Positions 43,491-53,207 are shown, counted from the stretch's first letter. The stretch is DNA of 64,000 bases from Candidatus Parcubacteria bacterium (GCA_002869165.1 PKTK01000008.1:9616-73615); one strand, 5' to 3'. The notes: generated from the sequence alone by a model not told the origin. Numbers and translations are program-made.

Positions 43491-45677
43491 TTATGAAATT
43501 GCTAATCCTCTTTCCCCCTCTCTCTTTAACATTCCAGTAAGTGGCATTTTTACATAAAAAACTGTTCCCTTGCCCTCATTCGAATCAAACCAAATCTTTC
43601 CTCCAGAACTATCCACTATCATTTTTGAAGCATACAAACCAAGGCCCGTTCCTTCAGTAACAGCCTGAATAGCATTATCAGCTCGATAAAATTTTTCAAA
43701 TATCCTTTCCTGCATCCCCTTCGGTATTCCTATACCATTATCACTTACACTAATTATATAGTATACATTGTCTTTTTCAACTTTAACCCCCACTTTACCG
43801 TTTTTTTGTTTTGAGTATCTAATTGCATTAGAAATTAAATTTTGAATAACTTGTCTAAATAAATTTTGATCAATCATTACCTTGGGCAATTTCACTTCTT
43901 TATATTCAATTTTCACATTACTAATTCTGGCTGAAGGTTTTGCCTCTGTAATCAGGTTCTTAATATATTCATTAATATCAGTTTCTCTAGGAGTAACCCT
44001 AAGGCGCCCCGACTCAATTCTAGTTACATTTAACAAATCATTAACTAATCTAATCATCCTAGTTGTTGATTTATGAATATTCTCCAAATGCTCCTTTTGT
44101 TCTTCGTTTATTTTTCCAATGTCCTCTTCAATCAAAGCCTCAGAAAAAAGTTTTACTGCAGTCAATGGTGTTCTTAGTTGATGACTCGCAACAGAAACAA
44201 ACTCAGTCTTCATTCGGTCTATTTCTTTTATATAAGTTATATCATGAATAATAATTGCCCCGCCCACAATTCCTCCATCATTATCTTTTACAGGTGAAAT
44301 TGTAATTTCATAAAATTTGTTAACAAATAACACTTCGTTTATATGTGACACCACCCCTCTTTCCAAAGCGCCATCAATCATCTTCTCAAGTTCAATCCCT
44401 GGAAATAATCTTATAAAATCATACAAATTTGCTGAAGAATAAAGTAAACCCGTATAAAAAGTAGCTTTTGAGTTAGTTAAAACAACATTTTTCTCAACTG
44501 TAAACATGATAACTCCGTCACTCAAACTTTTTACCAAAGACTCAGTTTTGGAATGCTGAGACTTATCCAATGCATGCAAATGTGCAATAGTTACAGACAA
44601 AGTTGCACCAATTGCCCGAGATAAATTGTCTTCAATATCAGAATACTCAACATGTTCACAATAAGACAAATGTATAATTCCAAAAAAATTTTCTCCTGTA
44701 GACAAAGGAATCAATAATGACTTTTTGGGTATTGCATCAATAGAATTATCAAGTTTCTCACCTCCCAAGCTTGGACATATCTTTTCTAAAATTTTATTAT
44801 TTACATTATTAAAAGTTTTTTTATTTTTTTTAATATACTCAATAATTTCGTCTTTAATAGAATCTATATAATTTTCACTTACATTTTCATTCAAATAAGA
44901 TTTAAAATATAAATCCCCTTCTTCAAACGGATTAGATACAAGCAATGTAATAACACTTGACTTAGAAGCTTGTTTTAAATGCTCATAAACAAAATTAACA
45001 GCCTCTCTAACATCAATTACATTTGTTAATTTATCTCCTAATGATTTTAAAATTTCTAATTGAAAATGTCTATTCTCTAAATCAATTTTTGAAGCTTCAA
45101 GTTCTTCTTGTGAATCTTGCACGTCTTCCAAAATATTCAATATCGCCGCTCTTTGCTTCTCAAGTTCTTTTTTGTCAATATGCATTTTATCCACTAATTT
45201 TTTGAGTTCAAGTGTTTTATTTTCTACAAGATTCTCCATTTCTTTTGACTGAATTTCAAGCTTTTGCTTATAGCTAAACAAAAAATCAAGTGTTTTGTTG
45301 AAAGCATTTGCCAATGAGCCAATCTCGTCATCACTATCAATTTCAATTTTTCTATCAAATTCTCCATTAGCAACTCGCAAAGAAGCTTCCTTTAATTTTT
45401 TAATAGGATTAATCAACCCTTTTGCAACAAAATATGATACTAGCAAAGAAACCAAAGAAAAAACAATTGTTGCCAGTGTGCCAGTCTTTATAAAACTATT
45501 TATTATATTGCTTGCCAAGTTCTCATCAATATTATATTCAATTAAAACATCTGTTAAAAAAACCTGAAAATAGTAGTTTATACTAATTCCCATGAATAAA
45601 ATAAATAAGAAAAAACTAATAAGTATCTTGTTTAAAATACTAGAACTTTCTTCTGCTTTATCTACTTCTTTCTTCAT
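43491..45677 (-). CDS. Sensor histidine kinase (TM-HAMP-coiled coil-GAF/PAS-like-HisKA-HATPase_c)
   Basis: HAMP NPIKKLKEASLRVANGEFDRKIEIDSDDEIGSLANAFN, H box FVSVASHQLRTPLT, G2 box TGLGLYASKMIV. Its ATG overlaps a TGA of the upstream reading frame (ATGA). Confidence 0.85.
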   Translation of the reverse strand: MKKEVDKAEESSSILNKILISFFLFILFMGISINYYFQVFLTDVLIEYNIDENLASNIINSFIKTGTLATIVFSLVSLLVSYFVAKGLINPIKKLKEASLRVANGEFDRKIEIDSDDEIGSLANAFNKTLDFLFSYKQKLEIQSKEMENLVENKTLELKKLVDKMHIDKKELEKQRAAILNILEDVQDSQEELEASKIDLENRHFQLEILKSLGDKLTNVIDVREAVNFVYEHLKQASKSSVITLLVSNPFEEGDLYFKSYLNENVSENYIDSIKDEIIEYIKKNKKTFNNVNNKILEKICPSLGGEKLDNSIDAIPKKSLLIPLSTGENFFGIIHLSYCEHVEYSDIEDNLSRAIGATLSVTIAHLHALDKSQHSKTESLVKSLSDGVIMFTVEKNVVLTNSKATFYTGLLYSSANLYDFIRLFPGIELEKMIDGALERGVVSHINEVLFVNKFYEITISPVKDNDGGIVGGAIIIHDITYIKEIDRMKTEFVSVASHQLRTPLTAVKLFSEALIEEDIGKINEEQKEHLENIHKSTTRMIRLVNDLLNVTRIESGRLRVTPRETDINEYIKNLITEAKPSARISNVKIEYKEVKLPKVMIDQNLFRQVIQNLISNAIRYSKQKNGKVGVKVEKDNVYYIISVSDNGIGIPKGMQERIFEKFYRADNAIQAVTEGTGLGLYASKMIVDSSGGKIWFDSNEGKGTVFYVKMPLTGMLKREGERGLAIS

Positions 45678-46699
45678 GTTAAAAATAATTTAAAACCTAT
45701 AAAAAATGCCCCAACAGCGCATAAAAAACTAAGATATGCCACAACGATTGCCTTAATCCCAGAATTACTAAAAAGCTTTTTGGTGTTCGCATTTAAACCA
45801 ATTGTTGCCAAGGCAATCTACCATAAAATATTATAAGTAGGCTTTATCAAATAGCTAATGTTGTCAATGTAAAATTGATTTTGATAATAAACAGACATAG
45901 TTCCCAATATCCCAGCCCCTAAAAAGGCCCCCAAATACCAAGGTAAAAATACTTTTCCCTTAATCAAGCTAGCAAAAAGCGGTATAGCAATCAAAAGGCC
46001 CAAATACCTAAAAGCTTTAATAGATAAAGCGAATTTCATAATTTCATCTGCGGGCAAAACACTTTCCAGAGGGGGCATTATATTTATTGAAGCTTTTACA
46101 AAGCCTGTGAATTGCATAACCGTGCCTGATAACAGCGCATACGCTTCATTACTAAAATTTGCTGACACGGCCAAAAGAGGCAATAAAATAAAAAGTCCAA
46201 ACACAGCAGCCAAAAAAACTGATATTAATGAAATAGAAATATCATCCGAATCAGCCTCAACCGCTGGAGCTGTAACTGTGATCGCCGATGCTCCACAAAT
46301 AGCGCCACCAGTTGCTGTCAAATAAGTAATTTCTTTTTTTAATCCTAAGATTCTTCCTAAAAAAATTGAACTAAAATAATAAGTTAACATTACAGCGATT
46401 AATAACACCACATAATATGGATTAATTTCTCTTACAGTTAAAAAATTTAAATTCCTAAGTCCATAAAACATAATACCAATAGAAATAAACAAAAAAGGTA
46501 GCTTTTCAATGCCTTGTTTTAAAAACCTCTTATTTGGAATAATAATATTTAATACTAATCCTATCACCAAAGATATTATTAAAGGATCTGCTATGCCAAC
46601 CACAACAAAAAAACTAAGAAAATAAGAACAAATACCAATCAATATAACAAGCAAAACAGCTAAATAATTATTTCTAATAATTTTTAAGTAATTAATCAT
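45674..46699 (-). pseudogene. YeiH/UPF0324-like polytopic membrane protein interrupted by an in-frame TAG
   Basis: Track ORF 45818-46699 (...TATGGAICGASAITVTAPAV...) ends at TAG 45818-45820. The same frame continues for 47 sense codons (IALATIGLNANTKKLFSNSGIKAIVVAYLSFLCAVGAFFIGFKLFLT) to a TGA that overlaps the kinase ATG. Joined length is 341 codons. Confidence 0.6.
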
Positions 46700-47046
46700 A
46701 TATCTGAATTTATTTTTTTAATTTTTCTTTTAAATCTATTATCTTCTGCCCTCGATTAAATGTTAATTTTTAAAATTTTTCAAGTTCTTCAATTTTTTCT
46801 TGAGACAAAATAACTTTATATTCAGCCTTTTCCATGGATTCACGTAACAATTCTGCTGAAAAACCAATCACTCCTCCCTCATTGGCCTATATTTAAAAAT
46901 TAGGAAAATTAATTTTTGCCACATATTTAAATACTTTTTTTCTGTTTGTCTTTCTATTTTATCGGCCAATAAAGAAATAGAAGTAAGCATGAAAACAAGA
47001 ACCAATAAGATGCTTAAAAAACTTTAAATTCCTCCTTTTTTATTTA

Positions 47047-48705
47047 TCATTTTTTTTCTGCTATTTTTTCTTTCAAGTCTTTATTCTCTCTTTTTAGTTC
47101 AATCATCTTTAATTCCCTTCCAACTGATAATTTATTAATTTTTTCTAATTCATTATTTCTTTCTATAATTTCTTTTTCTGCTTCTTTATTTTCAGTAATA
47201 TCTCTAGCAATATGAATATATTTAACGACATTCCCATTGTCAAACACCGGGGAAATAACAATTGATAACCATTTACCCAAGCCTTCTTCATAATATTCCA
47301 TTTGCTCTCTCTTCCTTGTTTCCTTAGAAACTGCCAGCGGACAATACTTTACAGGCTTATCTTCTTTATGAAAAACTGAAAAACATTTTTTACCAATCAT
47401 TTCCTCTTTTTTCATACGCAACAATTCACACGCTGCTTTGTTTACATTAAGAATAACAAAGTTTTTATCATGAATTGTTATACTATCAGACATTGAATCA
47501 AAAGTTTCAGACCATTCACTTACAAGCTCTTTCATCTCTTTTTCTTTGTTTTTTAATTCAGTTATATCAATACCAGAACTCAAACTTCCAATAACTTTTC
47601 CCTCTTTGTCATATAGTAAAGTATTGCGCCAGCTCACAAATCTTTTTTCTCCCTTTTTATTAATAATACCATTCTCAAAGACACTATAATCATTTTGCTG
47701 TTTCGTTAATCCTTGATGAACTTCTTTAATCAATGCCCTTTCTTCAGCTGGAATAAAATTTTCTAACCACTTTTTTCCAATGATATTATCTCTCTTATCA
47801 CCTAATATCTCACACCCCTGTTCATTGATTAAAGTCACAATACCCTTCTTATCCAAAGTCATGATAATCGACCCAGCAATATTTAAATACATTTCAGATT
47901 TCTCTTTTTCTATTTTTAATTTTTCAAAATCTTCTTTAGTTTTAGAAATATCTCGACTTACTACAAAAATCCTCTCTCCTACTACATCTGCCGTAGAGTC
48001 AATATAAGCATAGGAACCATCATTTCTTTTAAAACGATAGTCTATTTTTATTGAGGGTAAGATATCATTGCTAGTTTTATTTTTTTTCTCTACATCTTTT
48101 AAGGTAACAGATAACAAAGAAAATATTTTTGCCTGATCTTCAGGATGAATAAATTCCAAGATATTTTTACCTTTCAAATCTTCTGGGGTGTAGCCTAGAG
48201 TTCTATTATGAGCTTGATTTACATAAAGAAAATTTGGTTTTTGTTTTGCTTCAATAATTGCTATCAAATCATCTGTTCTATCAAGAAGTTGTTTATACTC
48301 ACCATCTTTTTCTTTAATCACTTTCTGTGATTTTTTAATATCTGAAATATCATCTATAATAACTGCAAAATAATTTTTTTCTGGTGAAAAAACATATATT
48401 CTATACCACCCTCCAAGGGCTTTGACATAATCTTCAAATCTATCCTCTCCTCCAAACAGAGCAATTTTACCAAACCTTCCTATCCAATCTGCCTCTTCTT
48501 TCTCAATACCAGGAATCACCTCTCTAACTGTTTTATTAATAATTTCTGTTTTTTTTAATCCGGTTAATTTTTCGTAAGCAGGATTTACATCAACAAACGA
48601 ATAATCAATTGGTTTATTATTTTCATCAACAATAACCTTGTGAAGTGCAAAACCATTAAACATTTTTGAAAATAATTCTTTGTATTTAAATTCTAATTTA
48701 TCCAT
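47047..48705 (-). CDS. Multi-PAS sensor protein with C-terminal coiled coil and no recognisable output domain
   Basis: At least three PAS-like units (e.g. NPAYEKLTGLKKTEIINKTVREV, VNQAHNRTLGYTPEDLKGKNILEFIHPED, VNKAACELLRMKKEEMIGKKCFSVFH). Ends VGRELKMIELKRENKDLKEKIAEKK. TGA stop. Confidence 0.75.
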   Translation of the reverse strand: MDKLEFKYKELFSKMFNGFALHKVIVDENNKPIDYSFVDVNPAYEKLTGLKKTEIINKTVREVIPGIEKEEADWIGRFGKIALFGGEDRFEDYVKALGGWYRIYVFSPEKNYFAVIIDDISDIKKSQKVIKEKDGEYKQLLDRTDDLIAIIEAKQKPNFLYVNQAHNRTLGYTPEDLKGKNILEFIHPEDQAKIFSLLSVTLKDVEKKNKTSNDILPSIKIDYRFKRNDGSYAYIDSTADVVGERIFVVSRDISKTKEDFEKLKIEKEKSEMYLNIAGSIIMTLDKKGIVTLINEQGCEILGDKRDNIIGKKWLENFIPAEERALIKEVHQGLTKQQNDYSVFENGIINKKGEKRFVSWRNTLLYDKEGKVIGSLSSGIDITELKNKEKEMKELVSEWSETFDSMSDSITIHDKNFVILNVNKAACELLRMKKEEMIGKKCFSVFHKEDKPVKYCPLAVSKETRKREQMEYYEEGLGKWLSIVISPVFDNGNVVKYIHIARDITENKEAEKEIIERNNELEKINKLSVGRELKMIELKRENKDLKEKIAEKK

Positions 48706-48720
48706 TCTTTTCTTTTATAA

Positions 48721-48749
48721 CAAAAAAAAACAAAACCACACAGGTTTTG
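48721..48749 (-). terminator. Rho-independent terminator-like hairpin downstream of the kinase HATPase ORF
   Basis: Minus strand reads caaaacc-tgtgt-ggttttg followed by T9. 100 nt after the stop at 48849 and only 16 nt upstream of the PAS gene ATG. Confidence 0.45.
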
Positions 48750-48848
48750 TTTATTCTGTTTTTTTCTTAAAAATTGCATGAGGATACAATTGTATTATTA
48801 TATTTTATAACAATAATTATACAATATTTTGAATTTTTTTTCAAATAT

Positions 48849-49274
48849 TTAAAAAGTTATTTTAAATTCTGTTCCTTTACCTTTTTTACTATGTACCTCT
48901 ATTGACCCATTGTGTGCCTCAACAATCTTTTTCACAATAACCAATCCCAAGCCAGTGCCCTGAACATTAACGCTCTTATCTTTTTCACCTCTAAAAAATC
49001 TTTCAAACAAATGTTTCTGATCATCTTCGGAAATTCCCAAACCAGTATCACTAACCAAAACTTCAACTTTATTTTTATTTTTACTTAAAATTAAACTTAT
49101 TATATTATCTTGGTTTGGTTTTTTATATTTAACACTATTACTAACTAAATTGGTTATTAATTCTTCTATTTCGCTAGAATTTCCAAATAAAAATATATTG
49201 TCTTCTATTTTACTTTTAATTTTTATGTTTTCTCCAGCTGTAATGATTTCATAGTTCTCAACCAATTCTGTCAT
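48849..49274 (-). CDS. HATPase_c domain ORF (3' part of a stop-split histidine kinase)
   Basis: N box ELITNLVSNSVKY, G1 box SDTGLGI, G2 box GTGLGLVIVKKIV. In frame with 49296-50966. Confidence 0.8.
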   Translation of the reverse strand: MTELVENYEIITAGENIKIKSKIEDNIFLFGNSSEIEELITNLVSNSVKYKKPNQDNIISLILSKNKNKVEVLVSDTGLGISEDDQKHLFERFFRGEKDKSVNVQGTGLGLVIVKKIVEAHNGSIEVHSKKGKGTEFKITF

Positions 49275-49295
49275 TAACTCACTAAAGTTAAATTT

Positions 49296-50966
49296 TTAAA
49301 AATCCTTCACCTCATTATTGTTTGCTTCCAATTTAGCCAATCTCAACATTTCATAAATAAGCTTTGAAACTCTATCAATTGACTTTTCGATTGAAACCAC
49401 CTTTTCTTTTGCTTCCTTATTCTCAGAAAGATCAGATAATTCTGTTTTTAAAATAGTCAATGGAGTCTGTAACCCATGGGCAATTTCATGCATCATCAAT
49501 CTTTGCTCTTCCTGCAAATTTTTTATTCTAGCCGTTCTTTCCTCTACCTTTTGTTCCAAATCTTCTGAATAATCCCTAACTTCTCTAAACAAACGGGCCT
49601 TCTCTATAGCAACTCCAGCCTGAAAAGAAAATGTTCTTAACAATTTATAATCTTCGCTATTATAAGAATCGCCAGATTTTTTAGCTCCCAAAAGAATAAA
49701 GGCTATTAGTTTATTTTCTAAATAAATAGGTACATACAAGTAAGCGCTTTTATCTTGAAAAAAATTCTCAAAGATTTTTTTGTTTTTCTTATATCTTTTT
49801 TTATCTTCCATTTTTAGTTCCTCAAGTCTCTCCAGTGCTTCCGTCTTGTTCATAATTGGAATGTACTCATCTTTTATACTTCCCAAAAGTTCTTCTGAGA
49901 GACTTATGGTTTCAAAATAAGTTTGGTGATTTATTTTTATATCTCGATTATCTATATATATAAATTTTACTTTATCAATCTTAAATATTATTTTTAGCTT
50001 TTGCATTATCTCATTGAACATATATTTAATATCAATATTTCGATTCAATGTTTGACTAAGAGAAAACAAGGTGTCTGAATAATTATATTTATCTTTAAAA
50101 AAAATTCTATCAGTTAACTTTCTGAAATATTTTTCAATAACTGGCACACCATATATGCCAGCTATAATTGTAATAAGCCCTGAAACAAATGATGATACTT
50201 TCTCAAAGGGCAAAACAGATTCAACTGATACCAAAACAATAATATAAAAAGCTGATATAATGCCAAACAACACAGAAAAAATAACACCTCTCTGAAAAAC
50301 CATAGCTACATCAAACATACGATGACGCAAACTAGCGTATGCAATAATTATCGGGAAAAGACCAACTAATATATTCAAATATGGATAAATAAAAATATCG
50401 TATACTGGCATAAAAGCAAACAGGCCACCAATATAGCCAGTATAAGTTGCCCACAAAAAAGAACGAAGCTGTTTTTTATAATAACCGTCACTCTCTTTCA
50501 TGATTTGTATCATTTTATAAATTGCATAAAGAACTGTAGAAAAGAAAATAATAACAAATAAATTATAAAAAATAGTTGGATTTGAAATATAATAAAATCC
50601 AGAAAAAACAAGTTCCAAATCTTTAATAAAATAATCTGTTAAATTAAGTATTTGAAAAAAAATAGTAACACTATACAAAAAAATCAACAATCTTTTTTTC
50701 TTGATATTCAAAAATTCAAAAATAAAATGGGTATACAATACCGTAATAAAAATTACTCCAAAATACCCCAGACGCCACCAAAAGATAGCCTTGGCATAGT
50801 CTGTTTCCATGCCAATTTTATATACTCCAATTCCCCATATCGCTACAGTCAAACAAAAAACTACCCAAATATTGTGCATTCTTCTCTTCCCTTTTACAAA
50901 TAAAAATAAGCTAAGAAGGGAATTGCTTACTACAATAATTAAACCTGTTAACGAAAAAATATTCAT
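49296..50966 (-). CDS. 7TM-GAF-like-HisKA ORF (5' part of a stop-split histidine kinase)
   Basis: About seven N-terminal TM helices (HisKA_7TM-like), then H box MHEIAHGLQTPLT. Ends ...EVKDF-TAA (49296-49298). Confidence 0.8.
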   Translation of the reverse strand: MNIFSLTGLIIVVSNSLLSLFLFVKGKRRMHNIWVVFCLTVAIWGIGVYKIGMETDYAKAIFWWRLGYFGVIFITVLYTHFIFEFLNIKKKRLLIFLYSVTIFFQILNLTDYFIKDLELVFSGFYYISNPTIFYNLFVIIFFSTVLYAIYKMIQIMKESDGYYKKQLRSFLWATYTGYIGGLFAFMPVYDIFIYPYLNILVGLFPIIIAYASLRHRMFDVAMVFQRGVIFSVLFGIISAFYIIVLVSVESVLPFEKVSSFVSGLITIIAGIYGVPVIEKYFRKLTDRIFFKDKYNYSDTLFSLSQTLNRNIDIKYMFNEIMQKLKIIFKIDKVKFIYIDNRDIKINHQTYFETISLSEELLGSIKDEYIPIMNKTEALERLEELKMEDKKRYKKNKKIFENFFQDKSAYLYVPIYLENKLIAFILLGAKKSGDSYNSEDYKLLRTFSFQAGVAIEKARLFREVRDYSEDLEQKVEERTARIKNLQEEQRLMMHEIAHGLQTPLTILKTELSDLSENKEAKEKVVSIEKSIDRVSKLIYEMLRLAKLEANNNEVKDF

Positions 50967-51013
50967 ATTTTTAAAAAAGCTCTATTCTTAATAAAAGAAC
51001 AGAGCTTGTTATA

Positions 51014-52072
51014 CTATAAAAAATCTTGTAAAACTTCAGCTCTTTTCTGAGCCTCAATTTTACTTAACTCCTCCTTTTTAATAATTATACTAGCTACCGG
51101 CATAATAGGCAAAGAAGCCCACCATCGTTCAGCTGTAAAATTAAATTGGATTTTTTTAAATCCGTAATACATATCTTTTTGTTTATCATGATAAGTAACA
51201 AAATTTATCAGATAAAAAAGCATTGTAGTGTCTCTCCAGCCCCATAGCCTTCCCAAAACTAGAGGCATAGTTATTTCTTCATACACCCTTTTCTCAAAAT
51301 AAGGCATTGAAAACCAAAAACCAAAAATACAAATTTCACCTGCAAGCTCCTTTATGGGTTTGTGCATATCATAAATATAATATAAGCCCCCTATTTTTAA
51401 TACCTTCAAAACTTCTTCAAGATTATTTATTGATTCCTTAATTCCACCAATCCCAAACACATTTGTAACAACATCTACTGATGACTCATCAATAGTAACA
51501 AAACCTTCTTTTTTTTGGGTTAGAGCAGTAGCGTCACCTCTTACAAACTTCGTTTGCACTGCTTGAGAATAAAATTTAGAATGTTTTTTCCGTGCTCTTG
51601 AGAGCATTGCTTCATTGTAATAAAGCCCAATCAAATTTACAGCCAATCCTTCAACCTTATTTAAATGAAAAATATTATCAATCTCTTTAGCTGTAAGACC
51701 TGTGCCTGTACAAAGATCAAGGCAAACGATTGAGTTTTGACTATTATTAAAACAATTTAAAACAAATTGTGCTGCACTTCTTCTCCATTTTAAATCCTGA
51801 CCGCGGGTGGTCATGTGGTGCTTCCAATCATAAAATCTTGCTTCCCGATTATAAACTCTTTCAACTTCTTTTTCGTCCAACTCACAAACTTTGTCTTTAC
51901 GGGGATTCAAAACAATCCAAATAAATGCTTGAATAATTTTTTTTAACACCCAAAATAACATCCGCTTAAAAATATTTATTTGAGAAAATTCATCAACAAA
52001 TAAATATTCTGGGAGAAATTTATTTCTTAATTGATTTTTTTCAAAAATCAAATCCTCCTTCTTATTTTCCAT
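51014..52072 (-). CDS. Class I SAM-dependent methyltransferase with N-terminal hydrophobic segment
   Basis: SAM motif I VCLDLCTGTGLTAKEI and post-I/II-like VRGDATAL...VVTNVFGIGG. Substrate unknown. Confidence 0.65.
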   Translation of the reverse strand: MENKKEDLIFEKNQLRNKFLPEYLFVDEFSQINIFKRMLFWVLKKIIQAFIWIVLNPRKDKVCELDEKEVERVYNREARFYDWKHHMTTRGQDLKWRRSAAQFVLNCFNNSQNSIVCLDLCTGTGLTAKEIDNIFHLNKVEGLAVNLIGLYYNEAMLSRARKKHSKFYSQAVQTKFVRGDATALTQKKEGFVTIDESSVDVVTNVFGIGGIKESINNLEEVLKVLKIGGLYYIYDMHKPIKELAGEICIFGFWFSMPYFEKRVYEEITMPLVLGRLWGWRDTTMLFYLINFVTYHDKQKDMYYGFKKIQFNFTAERWWASLPIMPVASIIIKKEELSKIEAQKRAEVLQDFL

Positions 52073-52094
52073 ATCCTCTTCCTCTTAAACAATG

Positions 52095-53207
52095 TTATAC
52101 CGAAAGTTCAAATTCATTCTCCACAGCGAACCCAAGCATTTTATCTATAAAAGGTTGGTTCACTTCTGGATGGCTTACAAAAGTGCCTCCACAAGCATCA
52201 ATCGTAGGACGAAGATCCCATTTGTAAGTCCAGGAAACATATGGCACATAATCCCTCATGGCCTTATGAAGCATTCTTTCAATTCTGTCCATTTTTTTAT
52301 CAGAATTTTTTTGCCTTTCATTGCCATCAAGATACTCAACACCAAAAATCTTTAAATAATTGAGTCCAAGTTGTAAAATATTTTTATACTCAGGCGCTCG
52401 ATTATTTACGATTGGGAAAACGCCCGTCTTCTCATTAGCACGTATCTTCATCATGAGATCAATGGCATAATCAACAGCAATTACATTTACTTCGGCTTTT
52501 TCGTGACCCAAAACATTAATCGGCATATTTATATCTTTGCCATTTGCTTCTTTAAGTACATTATTCCTAAAAAAATGAAAAGACTGCATGAAGCGATAAT
52601 AGCCAGAAAAATTAAAGGCTTTTCCAAGTTCAGTATCACCAACCACTATACTCGGCTTAAACACAGTTATCTGTGTTTGCGGATTTTCCAAACCCCAAGC
52701 AAGCAGCATTTCTTCTGAAAGCGTCTTAGTTTCTTCGTAAGGATTATTGAAACGGGGTAAATCAATCTGGAAATAAGTTTCTGCAACTTTGTTAGCATCA
52801 GCATAAGCTGTCCCTAAATAAAAAACTTTTTCAATTTCAATTTCATTCATAAAGGAAAGCAAATTTTTCATACCACCTACGTTAACTGCCTTGTTAATTT
52901 CTTCATCAACAAAATTAATTGAACCAGCACTATGCCACAACTCAGTAATCCCTCTCATCTTTATCCAAGATAATTCCTCTTGACTCAAACCAAGTAATGG
53001 CAAAGTCATATCACCTTTTAAAATATGTAGATTTATTGATTGCTCATTTATCTTATAACCTGTTAATTTGATAGCCCTAAAAACACGACTTTGATAGTCA
53101 AGTTCCTTGCTATCACGTGATATCACACACAAATCATGTCCCTCAGACAGTAAATAAGCAGCAATATTTGAACCAACAAACCCAGTCACTCCTGTTAAAA
53201 AAATCAT
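52095..53207 (-). CDS. NAD(P)-dependent SDR, thioester/acyl reductase-like (NAD_binding_4 type)
   Basis: Rossmann motif FLTGVTGFVGSNI. Catalytic YxxxK context NPYEETK. About 370 aa. Confidence 0.7.
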   Translation of the reverse strand: MIFLTGVTGFVGSNIAAYLLSEGHDLCVISRDSKELDYQSRVFRAIKLTGYKINEQSINLHILKGDMTLPLLGLSQEELSWIKMRGITELWHSAGSINFVDEEINKAVNVGGMKNLLSFMNEIEIEKVFYLGTAYADANKVAETYFQIDLPRFNNPYEETKTLSEEMLLAWGLENPQTQITVFKPSIVVGDTELGKAFNFSGYYRFMQSFHFFRNNVLKEANGKDINMPINVLGHEKAEVNVIAVDYAIDLMMKIRANEKTGVFPIVNNRAPEYKNILQLGLNYLKIFGVEYLDGNERQKNSDKKMDRIERMLHKAMRDYVPYVSWTYKWDLRPTIDACGGTFVSHPEVNQPFIDKMLGFAVENEFELSV

